Shown here: one piece after another, positions 37,117-46,684 of the stretch
Layout of the letters: every line of letters starts with the position of its first letter
Numbering within the stretch: the stretch's first letter is position 1
Source of the DNA: Candidatus Latescibacterota bacterium
Lineage (GTDB): Bacteria > Latescibacterota > UBA2968 > UBA8231
Direction: 5' to 3'
Length of the DNA stretch: 64,000 bases
Assembly: GCA_965217585.1 (NCBI GenBank)
Contig: OZ244561.1
Location: 1,024,001-1,088,000 of the forward strand
Made by a program: the position numbers and the translations under genes
The notes under the pieces: generated by a model
Seen by the model: the letters and a program-made list of their open reading frames with translations, nothing else
Told to the model about the DNA's origin: nothing
Database searches by the model: none

Positions 37117-38426
37117 TGGAACAGCTAACTCCGCACCAAGTGCTCATCCAGCGGTTCGTCGAACTCCATCCCGAGGAAGTGGCGCGCCAGCTAGACGACG
37201 CCGACGTGGACGAGGCCGTCGGCGTGTTGCAGCGCGGGGATGACGCGGTCGTGGCAACGGTCTTGCAGCGGATGGAGCTAGAGCGCGGCTCGCGCATTTT
37301 GACGTACTTGGACGACGAGGCCGTCGGTCTCCTCCTCAAACAGCTCGACGAGGCCGTTACCGCACGGCTACTCGCGCAGCTCGACGAGGCCGAGCGCGCG
37401 CGGATCCTCGCGTTGGCGGGCGCGGAGCGCGGCCGGGAAATCCAAGAGATCCTCTCCTATCCCCCGGGCACGGCCGGCTCCCTGATGGACGCTCAGGTCA
37501 GCACCTTCGCGCTGGATTGCCCGGTGGCCACCGCGCTAGAGCGGGTCCGCCAGCTAGGCAATCGCCGCGCCATGGCTCTCGTGCTCCGCGACGAAAACGA
37601 TCGCTACGCGGGCGTGGTGCGACTGCCGGACGTGGTCGCCGCCGACCCAGAGCTATTACTCGGCGAGCTCCGCGACGACACGGCCGTACAAGTGCAGCCC
37701 ATGACGCCGAGGGAGGAAGTGGTAGAACTCCTGAACACGTATCGTCTTACGAGCCTGCCGGTGGTCGATTTCCAAGAGCAAGTCATCGGCGTCATTCACC
37801 ACGATGGCCTCGTCAATGCGGCGCAGCAAGACCTAGCAGCTAATGTCCAAGAAATGGTCGGTGCGTCTGCCGAAGAGCGCGCCCTGTCCAAGCCGTGGGT
37901 GGGCATTCGCAGTCGGCTGCCCTGGCTCCACATCAACCTCGTAACCGCCTTTCTGGCGGCTGCGGTCGTCGGCCTCTTCGAGGACACGATTGCCAAGTTT
38001 ACCGCGCTCGCGGTCCTGCTGCCCGTAGTCGCGGGTCAGTCGGGCAATACCGGCGCGCAGGCCCTCGCCGTGACTATGCGGGGACTAGCACTGCGCGAGA
38101 TCCGCACCTCGCACGCTGCCCGCGTCCTCACCAAGGAGCTGGTAATCGGCTTTTGCAACGGGCTGGCCATTGCCGCGGTGACCGCGATCGGCGTCTTCAT
38201 CTGGAGCCAGAGCTTGGGGCTGGCCTTCGTCATGTTGTGCGCCATGTTGGTGTCCATGATCCTCGCGGCCATGGCCGGCGCGGCCATCCCGGTCGTGCTG
38301 TCCAAGCTGGGCCACGACCCCGTGACAGCGGCCTCGATCATTCTCACAACCGTGACCGACATCGTGGGTTTCCTCTCGTTTTTGGGCTTGGCAACGCTGC
38401 TGGCCAGTATGCTCCCGACCGGCTAG
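37113..38426 (+). CDS. mgtE: magnesium transporter MgtE
   Basis: YPPGTAGSLM, RLPWL..NL, PVVAGQSGNTGAQ and DPVTAASIILTTVTD motifs. Confidence 0.9.
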   Translation: MMEQLTPHQVLIQRFVELHPEEVARQLDDADVDEAVGVLQRGDDAVVATVLQRMELERGSRILTYLDDEAVGLLLKQLDEAVTARLLAQLDEAERARILALAGAERGREIQEILSYPPGTAGSLMDAQVSTFALDCPVATALERVRQLGNRRAMALVLRDENDRYAGVVRLPDVVAADPELLLGELRDDTAVQVQPMTPREEVVELLNTYRLTSLPVVDFQEQVIGVIHHDGLVNAAQQDLAANVQEMVGASAEERALSKPWVGIRSRLPWLHINLVTAFLAAAVVGLFEDTIAKFTALAVLLPVVAGQSGNTGAQALAVTMRGLALREIRTSHAARVLTKELVIGFCNGLAIAAVTAIGVFIWSQSLGLAFVMLCAMLVSMILAAMAGAAIPVVLSKLGHDPVTAASIILTTVTDIVGFLSFLGLATLLASMLPTG

Positions 38427-38580
38427 AACGCCTACTCCCACACCAGACACTGCGACTCTTTAGACTGGTACATTCAATTCGCAATTCGCAATCCCCACAA
38501 CGGACATTGCGACTCTTTATATTTTATAACGTAGAACGCGACATAATTTGACCCACAACAAGAAACAAGGAGATACCTAA

Positions 38581-39531
38581 GTGGACGCCATCGCAGCCAT
38601 CGGCGGCAGCCGGCCCCTCAAAGCAGAAGTATTCGCCCAACGTGCGTACGCGCATGCACTCAACCCCGCGCGCAACCCGCTCAAGGAAACGCTCGACTCG
38701 TGCGCGTCCGTGGCCAAAACCCCGCCCCTGTTGGGCGGCTTCAACGACGTCCCTTGGCACAAGCTACGCGACGCCGAGGTCCACGCTTGGGCCAAGGCCG
38801 GCTGGTCGTGGATAGTCAACGACGCCGAGCACAGCCAGTGGGAAGGCTGGTACGGCCGCGAGCAAAACGCCGTCCTCTCGCGCCACGGCATCTTGCCGGT
38901 CCAGCGTCTAGCCCGCGAGGCCCGCTCCGCACACGGCGACGCCTTCCAACTCGGAGCGCGGGCGACGATGCGCCCCTATGGCACCACCTACGAGGAGGCC
39001 GAGCGCTATTTCCGCGCCATTAACTTTCCCGTCCCCGGCCAAGCCACCCCCGACGACCGCGGCGGGTATCCGGTCCGCGACGGCGAGCGGACCATGATGT
39101 TCACTCCCGACGAATTGCGCGGCACCGAGACCGAGACCCAAGGCTGGATCCAGTTCGAGACCAAGGAATACATCATCGACATCGAGACCCGCGACCGCGT
39201 CCTCGACCTGATGGCTGCCCAAGGGCGCAATAAGGCCTGTGGCTTTGTCGGCCCGTTTGACGCCATCCTGCGCGAGGGCGACCTCCCCGAAGTCAACGAC
39301 GCGGTCAACGCCCTCTTCCGCGCCGCGGCCGAGCGCGGCGTCCACACCGGCCGCGTGGTTGGGCACGGCGCGATGGAAGACCCCCAAGACATCGAAGATG
39401 GCATGGTCGAGGCCATCGACAACGGCGCACGCCTGATCTGCGTGCATCCCCTCACCAGCGACATGGTCTTTCGCGGGGCCTACGCCATGGCCGAGCCTTT
39501 CTTCCGCGCCTGCAAGCGCTGCGGCTTTTGA
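38581..39531 (+). CDS. HpcH/HpaI aldolase-like protein
   Basis: WIVNDAEH, QFET and FVGPFD resemble the DxEH, xET and FxGPxD motifs. AAGGAG precedes the GTG. Confidence 0.6.
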   Translation: MDAIAAIGGSRPLKAEVFAQRAYAHALNPARNPLKETLDSCASVAKTPPLLGGFNDVPWHKLRDAEVHAWAKAGWSWIVNDAEHSQWEGWYGREQNAVLSRHGILPVQRLAREARSAHGDAFQLGARATMRPYGTTYEEAERYFRAINFPVPGQATPDDRGGYPVRDGERTMMFTPDELRGTETETQGWIQFETKEYIIDIETRDRVLDLMAAQGRNKACGFVGPFDAILREGDLPEVNDAVNALFRAAAERGVHTGRVVGHGAMEDPQDIEDGMVEAIDNGARLICVHPLTSDMVFRGAYAMAEPFFRACKRCGF

Positions 39532-39559
39532 ACACCCCTTCACAGTTTTAGGAGATCTC

Positions 39560-40348
39560 ATGCACCTGCTTTGCATACTGATCGGCATGGTCGCGCTAGT
39601 GGACACTGCCGTCCATGCTCAACCCGAAGACAACGCTCCAGCAGAGGAACCGGTCGCGCTTGAGGCCGAGGCCCCTGCCATCCATGCCCCCGTTCATGCT
39701 CCCCTCAGCTACGACCCCTACTACGTCCTGCCGGGCGGCCTAGGCTACACTAGCGTCGATATTGGCGTCCGCACCTCTCCCTCCACGATCAAAGAGCTCA
39801 AGGACGTGAGCGATATCGTGGCCGTAGCCAAATTCAATCCCCACGCTCGTGTTGAAGCAGGCGCGCATCTCACCTTTGGCTTTTTCAAGGACGGGAGTTC
39901 CAACTTTGCCTCGTTCGTGGTCGGCGGCAAGTATCAACTCGGCCCCAACCGCGCGGCGACCGCTAGCATCGCGCTGCCGGCTGGCGACATCTCCGACCCG
40001 GGGCTAGCCGTTGGTCTCATGCAGACCGCGCGAATCGGTTCCGCCTTCCGCTTCAACACTCGGTTGCAGGTCGCCGCGCTCAAAGGCTACGCCGACGAGG
40101 GCCTAGTCGTCGATCTCTTGCTCGAACCAGCCCACGTATTCGGCGAAAAACTAAGCGCGTACCTCGACTTGCTCCTCACGTCCAACACCTCCGACTTGGA
40201 GGACGAGCTCAGCGTCCGCTTAGAACCGAATTTCGACATTGGCCTCGGCGATGGCATGGTGCTAAACGCAGGGGTCAGCGTGGATTTGCAGGGCGGCGAC
40301 GAACAGGAGGACGTGGGGTTGTTCATAGTGCTATTGCGAGACATGTAG
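39560..40348 (+). CDS. exported hypothetical protein, probable small beta-barrel
   Basis: AGGAG SD, signal peptide ending AVHA, alternating amphipathic strands. Confidence 0.55.
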   Translation: MHLLCILIGMVALVDTAVHAQPEDNAPAEEPVALEAEAPAIHAPVHAPLSYDPYYVLPGGLGYTSVDIGVRTSPSTIKELKDVSDIVAVAKFNPHARVEAGAHLTFGFFKDGSSNFASFVVGGKYQLGPNRAATASIALPAGDISDPGLAVGLMQTARIGSAFRFNTRLQVAALKGYADEGLVVDLLLEPAHVFGEKLSAYLDLLLTSNTSDLEDELSVRLEPNFDIGLGDGMVLNAGVSVDLQGGDEQEDVGLFIVLLRDM

Positions 40349-40447
40349 GGGTTTCACGGAGCGTCCCAATCGCCATCTTCCTCGTGCTTTGCCATCCGCC
40401 CCATTCCCAATTTCGCCTTGCTCTATCGCTGGGAACGCCCCTGACCA

Positions 40448-42382
40448 TCACCAGCTAAAGATGCGGTTGTCGGTCATGCCAGTACAGGCGTCGATGACCA
40501 GCCAGACCCCGGCGCTGGCAAACTGACCGAGGATCGCCCCCATGAAGAACGGGCGAACGGCGCGGAAGCCGCGCGGTCCCCAGTACTTGAGGACGATGGC
40601 CTTACAAAGCCAAGCCAAAAAGATCGAAAACCAAGAGTGGCTCATCAGCCAGAGGCCGGCGATGGGGAAGCCAATGGGATGTAGAGGCCACCACGTCAGG
40701 TAGTGCCGGGCCAGCATCAAGCCGCCCATGATCGCCGCGCCGATCCCCGTGGAAAACCAGCCTTCCCAGCTAGGCCCGGTAGGGTTGAGCAAAAGGCGAG
40801 TTACAAAGCTCTCGAAAGGGGCGCGGGCACCGCCGCCAAAAAACCAGCGGTTGAGGTTGATGCCGCCGTAGCGGTAGGACAAATCGAGGATCGCCCACAT
40901 CGAGCTAATCATGCTGACGAACACCGCGAGCATCAACGCCCAGAAAAAGGGGCGGTGGCGTCCCTGCTGGCCGTCGAGCAGCTTGAGGGCGTGGGCGGCC
41001 GAGGCCATTACCACGACGCGCAGTTCGGTGGCCCAAGTAAAGGAAAAGCCGAGAGCAGTAATGCCGGTTTCGCCGACTGCGGTCGTGCCGATCCCCGTGG
41101 CGACAAAGCTCTGCGGCATCATCGGCGTGCGTGCCTCGGGCACCCCACTTTCGGCGACGATGCGAGTCAGAGCCACGAAAATGGCAAAGGCGCTGAGCAG
41201 GAAGAGCAGGGCAACCAGCGGCGGCATGCCGCTCAGATAGAGCCAAATCCCGGCAAAACCCAAGCTCGCCAGCGCGCCGCCGACCGCGACTCGGTAGGAG
41301 AGGATCTCATCGGAGTCATCGACATCCTCAGCGTTAAAAAACGCCTTGCGGCACACGTCCTTGAGATGCCCGCGCCCCACCCACAGCGTAAGAACGACTA
41401 GCGCGATCAGTGCCCCCATTTCCTGATGGGCAATCGCCGGTGGATTGACGCTAAAGGTGTCTAATGCCTCGCCAGAGGTGATACCGAGCACTCCGTAGAG
41501 TCCCTTTTGCACATTGACCAGCACATTGCAAAACCACAGGCTGAAGGCGATGTCGAGATTGATCATATAGGCAAAGCCGAGGACCGGAAAGCTGAGCACC
41601 ACCGGCAGATGCACGGTGTCGCGGAAAAGGCTGACGCCCGAGGAAAGCTGGATTTGTGGAAAGACGTGGAAGTAGTTGTGGAAGGCATTGGTCGAAGAGA
41701 TGAGGCAGGGAATGGCAAAGCCGATCCACAAGCTCACACTTTTGAAAAACGGCGGCAGCCGACTCTCGTCACTTTGGCGCACCATGTCGAGCGGCAATTG
41801 CGCGAGCGGATAGATGAGCTTTTCGCGCTCGACCCACTGGCGGCGGAGGACGACGGCAACGCAGATCATGGCGAAGTAAACGGCGACAATCAGGGCGCTC
41901 CAGCCGAGTAAGGGAAGCAGCCAAGCGTCCCAAGGAATGGGCGCGCCCGTGGGCAGGCCCTCGTAGAAGTGCTTGATGGCGCGCGCGTCGTCGGGGACCA
42001 AGAAGTCGCGGATGTAGGGGTGGAACAGGTCGTCCCAGCGATTTTCCGGGGTGGCGAAGTAGAGCCAGGACCCCATGATCGGCAAGAGGTATTCAGAGAG
42101 GCCGCAGGTGGTAATCGCCGAGGCGATGAGCATCATGCTGTAGATCAGTAGCAGCTCGGCGCGGGCGAGGCCGCCGCTGGGGAAGGCGCATTTGTACAGC
42201 GCGTTGAATACGCCGACTAAAAAGAAAAACAGGAACAGCGCCCCAGGAGTGGAAAAGTCTTGGGTCATATACGAGCCGCGCAGGACCATGTTGCAATAGG
42301 GGGCCCCGGCGGCGAGAATAGCGGCGCAGAGCGCGCCCAAGAAGAAGGCTCTGAAGGTGTACCCTGAGCGGGGAAGGGACAT
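40448..42382 (-). CDS. DUF6785/DUF6784-like polytopic membrane protein
   Basis: YFATPENRW, FYEGLP, IPWDAW, RRQWVEREKLIYPLAQLP, DEILSYR and WWPLHPIG motifs. Confidence 0.75.
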   Translation of the reverse strand: MSLPRSGYTFRAFFLGALCAAILAAGAPYCNMVLRGSYMTQDFSTPGALFLFFFLVGVFNALYKCAFPSGGLARAELLLIYSMMLIASAITTCGLSEYLLPIMGSWLYFATPENRWDDLFHPYIRDFLVPDDARAIKHFYEGLPTGAPIPWDAWLLPLLGWSALIVAVYFAMICVAVVLRRQWVEREKLIYPLAQLPLDMVRQSDESRLPPFFKSVSLWIGFAIPCLISSTNAFHNYFHVFPQIQLSSGVSLFRDTVHLPVVLSFPVLGFAYMINLDIAFSLWFCNVLVNVQKGLYGVLGITSGEALDTFSVNPPAIAHQEMGALIALVVLTLWVGRGHLKDVCRKAFFNAEDVDDSDEILSYRVAVGGALASLGFAGIWLYLSGMPPLVALLFLLSAFAIFVALTRIVAESGVPEARTPMMPQSFVATGIGTTAVGETGITALGFSFTWATELRVVVMASAAHALKLLDGQQGRHRPFFWALMLAVFVSMISSMWAILDLSYRYGGINLNRWFFGGGARAPFESFVTRLLLNPTGPSWEGWFSTGIGAAIMGGLMLARHYLTWWPLHPIGFPIAGLWLMSHSWFSIFLAWLCKAIVLKYWGPRGFRAVRPFFMGAILGQFASAGVWLVIDACTGMTDNRIFSW

Positions 42383-42450
42383 GGTTCACTTTGAAAAGGA
42401 AATTGTCGTGGAAATCAAAGATAAGAAAATCTCGGGGGCCGTCCTCGAAT

Positions 42451-42479
42451 TTGACATTAATAACGTGCCGCGTTATTTA
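42451..42479 (+). promoter_or_regulatory. higBA-type promoter with palindromic operator
   Basis: TTGACA-N17-TATTTA with AATAACG-N5-CGTTATT overlapping the spacer and -10. Confidence 0.65.
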
Positions 42480-42500
42480 GAAATTGTCGACTATCATTAG
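42477..42500 (+). pseudogene. remnant of HigB toxin (last 7 codons)
   Basis: tta gaa att gtc gac tat cat tag = LEIVDYH*, the conserved HigB C-terminus, 9 nt before higA. Confidence 0.7.
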
Positions 42501-42509
42501 GAGGCAGAT

Positions 42510-42836
42510 ATGCCTGTAATGCCCCCCATTCATCCGGGAGAGATTTTACTCGAGGAGTTCCTCACGCCCCTGGGCTTGAGCCAATATCGCCTAGCAAAGG
42601 ACATCTCGGTCCCCCCACGCCGAATTAACGAGATCGTTCATGGCCAGCGCGCCATCTCCGCAGACACGGCTCTTCGACTATCTCGCTACTTCGGAACCAC
42701 CGATCGCTTCTGGCTCAATCTGCAGATGCGTTACGATCTGGAGTTGGAGAAAGATCGCTTGGGTGAACGATTGGAGGCGGAGGTACTATCGCTACGGAGC
42801 CGATGCGATGAGCAGCACCCTAGGAATCCTCACTGA
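42510..42836 (+). CDS. higA: HigA family addiction-module antitoxin
   Basis: PIHPGEILLEEFL.PLGLSQYRLAKDI.VPPRRINEIV.G.RAI.ADTALRL...FWLNLQ. Confidence 0.93.
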   Translation: MPVMPPIHPGEILLEEFLTPLGLSQYRLAKDISVPPRRINEIVHGQRAISADTALRLSRYFGTTDRFWLNLQMRYDLELEKDRLGERLEAEVLSLRSRCDEQHPRNPH

Positions 42837-44538
42837 GCCCGACGTCCAAGTGCCCATGCGCGACGGCGTGCGCATGGCGGCGCACGTGTTTCGCCCCGAC
42901 GCCGATGGCCGGTTCCCCGGAATCCTGCTGCGCACGCCGTACGACCGCCCAAAGTCTGGATTCGAGCGCTACGTGCGCGCTGGGTACGCCGTGGTCACCA
43001 TGGACTCGCGCGGCCGCTACGGCTCCGAGGGCGACTGGGTGCCGTTCACCGTGGAGCACACCGGCGACGCTGAGGACGGCTACGACTCCGTGGAGTGGCT
43101 GGCGGCGCAGCCCTGGTGCGACGGTAGCGTCGGCACCCTCGGAGCCTCGTACAACGCCTATATGCAGTGGCAGCTAGCCAAGCTGCGGCCCCCACACCTA
43201 GTGGCCATGTGCGCGTACACCATCCCGCTGGAGTTGACGGAAGTCGACTGGCCGGGCGGGTTCCGGCCGGGGCGGCGCATCAAGTGGTGGCTTACCTCCA
43301 TGGCGCCGGACCTGCGCCGCCGGCATGGACTGACGCCGCCACACACGCCGGAGCAAGCGCGGCAGGAGTGGGACGCGGTCGCCGGCGAGGGCCACTGGAT
43401 CGGCTACCTGCCGTGGCTCGACTTCCCCCGCCAGTTGCCGCCTGGGCTGGCGGAGTACGCGAAGGACTGGCTTGAGCACCCGAACCGGCGCGCCTGGAAG
43501 TTCGACGAGGTACACAAGGAAGTAGCCGTGCCGAACCTCGACTTCAGCGGCTGGTACGACCACTGCAACGGCTCGATGCAGCATCTTCAACTCATGCAGC
43601 ACCACGGTCGCACCGAGCGAGCGCGGTCGCAGACGAAGCTGGTCGCCGGCCCGTGGAATCACCCGAGCCTTGGCAGCCGCACGGTGGCCGGATTCGACTT
43701 TGGACCACAGGCCGCGCTCGACCTGCCGGACCTGATCATCCGCTGGTTCGACCACTGGCTCAAGGGGATCGACAACGGCGTCAACCGCGAGCCAGCGGTA
43801 CGCTATTTCGCAATGGCCGGACGACAGGGGCAATGGCGCTCGGCCGACACTTGGCCACCAGCGAACACGACGCCCTGTGAGTACCTGTTGAGCAGCGACG
43901 GCGACGCCAAGTTTGGCGGTTCCGGCCGGCTGTCGATTGACGGCGGGCACACCGACGCCGCAGCCGATCGCTTCGACTACGATCCCCGCAATCCCGTACC
44001 GACCCTGTGGACGCGGGAGTGGTTCACGGGGCCGGCGGACCGCCGCCGTCTAGAAGGACGCGACGACATCCTCTGCTATCGCTCGGAACCGCTGACTGAC
44101 GCCGTGGAAATCGCTGGCTATCCAGAAGCCGTGCTCTTCGTCAGCTCGTCGGCACCGGACACGGACTTTTTCGCGCGGCTGGTGAATGAGCACCCACCCG
44201 CGGCTGGCGCAGGGGGTGAGATGACGAGTGGACCAGCTCCGGAAATGTGCTACGGCCTAGTGCGCGCCCGCCACCGCAACTCCCTCGACGTTGAAGAGTT
44301 GCTGACGCCCGGGGGCTTGGTGGAACTCCGCATCCGCATGGGGCCGACGGCCTGCCGCTTTGAGCCGGGCCATCGCATCCGCCTAGAGATCACGTCGAGC
44401 GACTTCCCCAACCACGATCGCAATCACAACACAGGCAAAAACGACCTAGCCGACACCGAGCTAGTCGTGGCTACCAATGCCGTGCATCACTCGGCAGCCC
44501 AGCCTTCGCGGCTCGTGCTGCCCGTGTCCGAGGGGTGA
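42808..44538 (+). CDS. CocE/NonD family hydrolase (S15-like)
   Basis: VPMRDGVR, RTPY, DSRGRYGSEG, GASY nucleophile motif, GWYD, GPWNH, RIRLEITSSDFP. Confidence 0.92.
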   Translation: MSSTLGILTEPDVQVPMRDGVRMAAHVFRPDADGRFPGILLRTPYDRPKSGFERYVRAGYAVVTMDSRGRYGSEGDWVPFTVEHTGDAEDGYDSVEWLAAQPWCDGSVGTLGASYNAYMQWQLAKLRPPHLVAMCAYTIPLELTEVDWPGGFRPGRRIKWWLTSMAPDLRRRHGLTPPHTPEQARQEWDAVAGEGHWIGYLPWLDFPRQLPPGLAEYAKDWLEHPNRRAWKFDEVHKEVAVPNLDFSGWYDHCNGSMQHLQLMQHHGRTERARSQTKLVAGPWNHPSLGSRTVAGFDFGPQAALDLPDLIIRWFDHWLKGIDNGVNREPAVRYFAMAGRQGQWRSADTWPPANTTPCEYLLSSDGDAKFGGSGRLSIDGGHTDAAADRFDYDPRNPVPTLWTREWFTGPADRRRLEGRDDILCYRSEPLTDAVEIAGYPEAVLFVSSSAPDTDFFARLVNEHPPAAGAGGEMTSGPAPEMCYGLVRARHRNSLDVEELLTPGGLVELRIRMGPTACRFEPGHRIRLEITSSDFPNHDRNHNTGKNDLADTELVVATNAVHHSAAQPSRLVLPVSEG

Positions 44539-44545
44539 GCTCGGT

Positions 44546-46681
44546 TCAGAAATTGAACCTATAGCTCAATTTCGTCAGCAGTATCCGCTCTGGCTCTGTG
44601 GTGTCGGCTCGATGCTCGTTATAGGCGATATAGAACCGGCTGTTATTCGCGCCGAACGTATAGCTAAAAAGCAGGTTGAGATCGACGGTGTCACGGTGGA
44701 AGCTGCGCTGAAAAAAGCTGCGGATGAACAGATCCCGATGCAAAAAGTACGTCGTCCGCAGCAACAAGACGCGCTTCACCTCGTCTAATGCGCCGGAGGG
44801 GAAATACTCCCAGACAGATTCCGTACTAGAGTCAACAAAGAATCCCTCCCACAAATCGAACCGCAGCGTCCCGGATACGCGGCGGATGTCGCCGAGGTAT
44901 TCGTCCGCAAAGTCGTACTGATCCCGGAGTTGACCGCTGAGGCGGAGCCGGTACTTGCGTCCATTGCCGGTGTCAAAACCGGCATTGAATGAGTCGCCGT
45001 TGTACTTTTTTTTCTGCCATCGCAATTGCCAATTATAGTGGCCGAACCACGCCCGCGAGTCATCCAGCCGCCGTACGTACAGATCGACGTTGCTCCAGCG
45101 CCATTCCCACCCCTCTTCGTTGGTCCGCCGCTCGGCGACAAGATTCTGCCCCAAATAGATATTTCTAATGCCGAGGAAATCGGGACGCCAACCGTAGCTT
45201 CCATAGAGGCTGAATTCTCGCTCGCCGACGTCGGCGTCGTGCGGGATGAAACCGATTTGATCCACGTTGAACTTAGGCTCGATCCAAGATCCCCGAATCC
45301 CAAATGGGAAGCGATCGGAATTGTACCTAAAGCGACCGCTGTGCATTTTGTTGCGGCGGTCCGTGTCTGCACCAAAACTCATGGCCGAATTGAGGAAGAG
45401 CTTAGCATTGTCGTCCAAGCTCAAGACGAGATCGCTGCCTACCGCCTGTTGCCCTAGCGGACCATTTTTCCCGACGGCCAGGGCACCAATAGAGGAATTG
45501 ACCCCTACATCGCGCTTGAGGCGCAGGACGCCGAAATGCGGAGGGTCGCCGTCCCCATCCGATGGGCGATTCCGCGCTGCGATCAGGCCGACGCTGTTCT
45601 TGCCGATCTTCCCCGTTATTTTAGTGCCGGCATCCGGATCGCTAATGCGACGACTGTAGAAGAGATCCATCGCCGTAAACAGCTTTTGGCCTTCGAGAAA
45701 GAAGGGTCGTTTCTCCTCTAAAGAGAGTTCAAATCTCGTCAGGTTTATCTGGTTTTCGTCGGCTTCTATATGGGCGAAATCCGGATTAAAGGTGGTGTCC
45801 AAGGTGAGATTGGAGGCTATACTGTATTTCAGATCGAGCCCGAAATCGCTGGACCAGCCTTCTGCGGACCGACTCCCCACATTGCCATAGCCTCGGGTTG
45901 CATAAGGCAGTACCTCTAGGTGAAGTCCCGGTTTTATGTCTTCGAGTCCATGCAGGTGGCCGGCCTTGGACACTTTCAGGAGATATCGGTCGTCTCTCGA
46001 TATAAACGCCCAGTTGCTATTCTCCGTATAGGTCCGCTCAATGCGCTGGATGTTTATGCCCCACGTATGCTGATCCAATTCGGGAAATCGCAGCGTCTTG
46101 AATGGTATGGCAATCTCGGCACTCCAGCCTTGGTCGTGGATATGGGTTTCGGACTGCCAAATGCCGTCCCAGCTCTGATCGATTCCACCCCAGCCACCGG
46201 ACCCATCGTTTTCGACGCGAAAATCGTTCTGGACGCCGTAGGCATTTATATAGAACCCATAGGCATTTTGGTGGTCGTGATAGGTATCTAAGACGAGACC
46301 GACGAGGTCTAACGGGGAGAACGTGCCGTCCCGCTGCATGATGCGCCCCTTTATATTCCCAGGCTCCGCATCAATCATATTGAGGCCGATGTACAGGTAA
46401 TCGGCGTCGTAGAGTACGTGTATAAAGGTTTGGTTGGTCGCGGCGACGCCCTCTTCGGGTTCGATCAATATGAATCCCGTCGCCGGTGTAGCCCGCTTCC
46501 AGTCCTCATCGTCTAGGACGCCGTCGATGGTTGGCCGGAGGTGCGTTCTGAAGGCCCAAACGTCCTTTTCGCTGGGCTTTTCGTGGGCCGGTGCAGACGG
46601 TGCAACAACGAGCGCAGCCCCTATCATCCAGAGTAGCCATAGGTGTGTACGGAGGCACCTGGTCGGGTATGCCGTGCTCAT
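44546..46681 (-). CDS. CBM9-like domain plus DUF5916-like outer-membrane protein
   Basis: IDGVLDD..W, GWSAEIAIPF.TLRF, NPDFAHIEAD, EKRPFFLEG, LFYSRRI and C-terminal Phe. Confidence 0.85.
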   Translation of the reverse strand: MSTAYPTRCLRTHLWLLWMIGAALVVAPSAPAHEKPSEKDVWAFRTHLRPTIDGVLDDEDWKRATPATGFILIEPEEGVAATNQTFIHVLYDADYLYIGLNMIDAEPGNIKGRIMQRDGTFSPLDLVGLVLDTYHDHQNAYGFYINAYGVQNDFRVENDGSGGWGGIDQSWDGIWQSETHIHDQGWSAEIAIPFKTLRFPELDQHTWGINIQRIERTYTENSNWAFISRDDRYLLKVSKAGHLHGLEDIKPGLHLEVLPYATRGYGNVGSRSAEGWSSDFGLDLKYSIASNLTLDTTFNPDFAHIEADENQINLTRFELSLEEKRPFFLEGQKLFTAMDLFYSRRISDPDAGTKITGKIGKNSVGLIAARNRPSDGDGDPPHFGVLRLKRDVGVNSSIGALAVGKNGPLGQQAVGSDLVLSLDDNAKLFLNSAMSFGADTDRRNKMHSGRFRYNSDRFPFGIRGSWIEPKFNVDQIGFIPHDADVGEREFSLYGSYGWRPDFLGIRNIYLGQNLVAERRTNEEGWEWRWSNVDLYVRRLDDSRAWFGHYNWQLRWQKKKYNGDSFNAGFDTGNGRKYRLRLSGQLRDQYDFADEYLGDIRRVSGTLRFDLWEGFFVDSSTESVWEYFPSGALDEVKRVLLLRTTYFLHRDLFIRSFFQRSFHRDTVDLNLLFSYTFGANNSRFYIAYNEHRADTTEPERILLTKLSYRFNF

Positions 46682-46684
46682 TTA

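Noticed and set aside
42640-42807. N-terminal extensions in the ORF track (CocE, leuD, leuA, OPT-like, PorV-like, TonB receptor, 57023 and 61603 proteins)
   Set aside because: They overlap upstream genes or promoters; downstream starts with an SD and/or signal peptide fit better.
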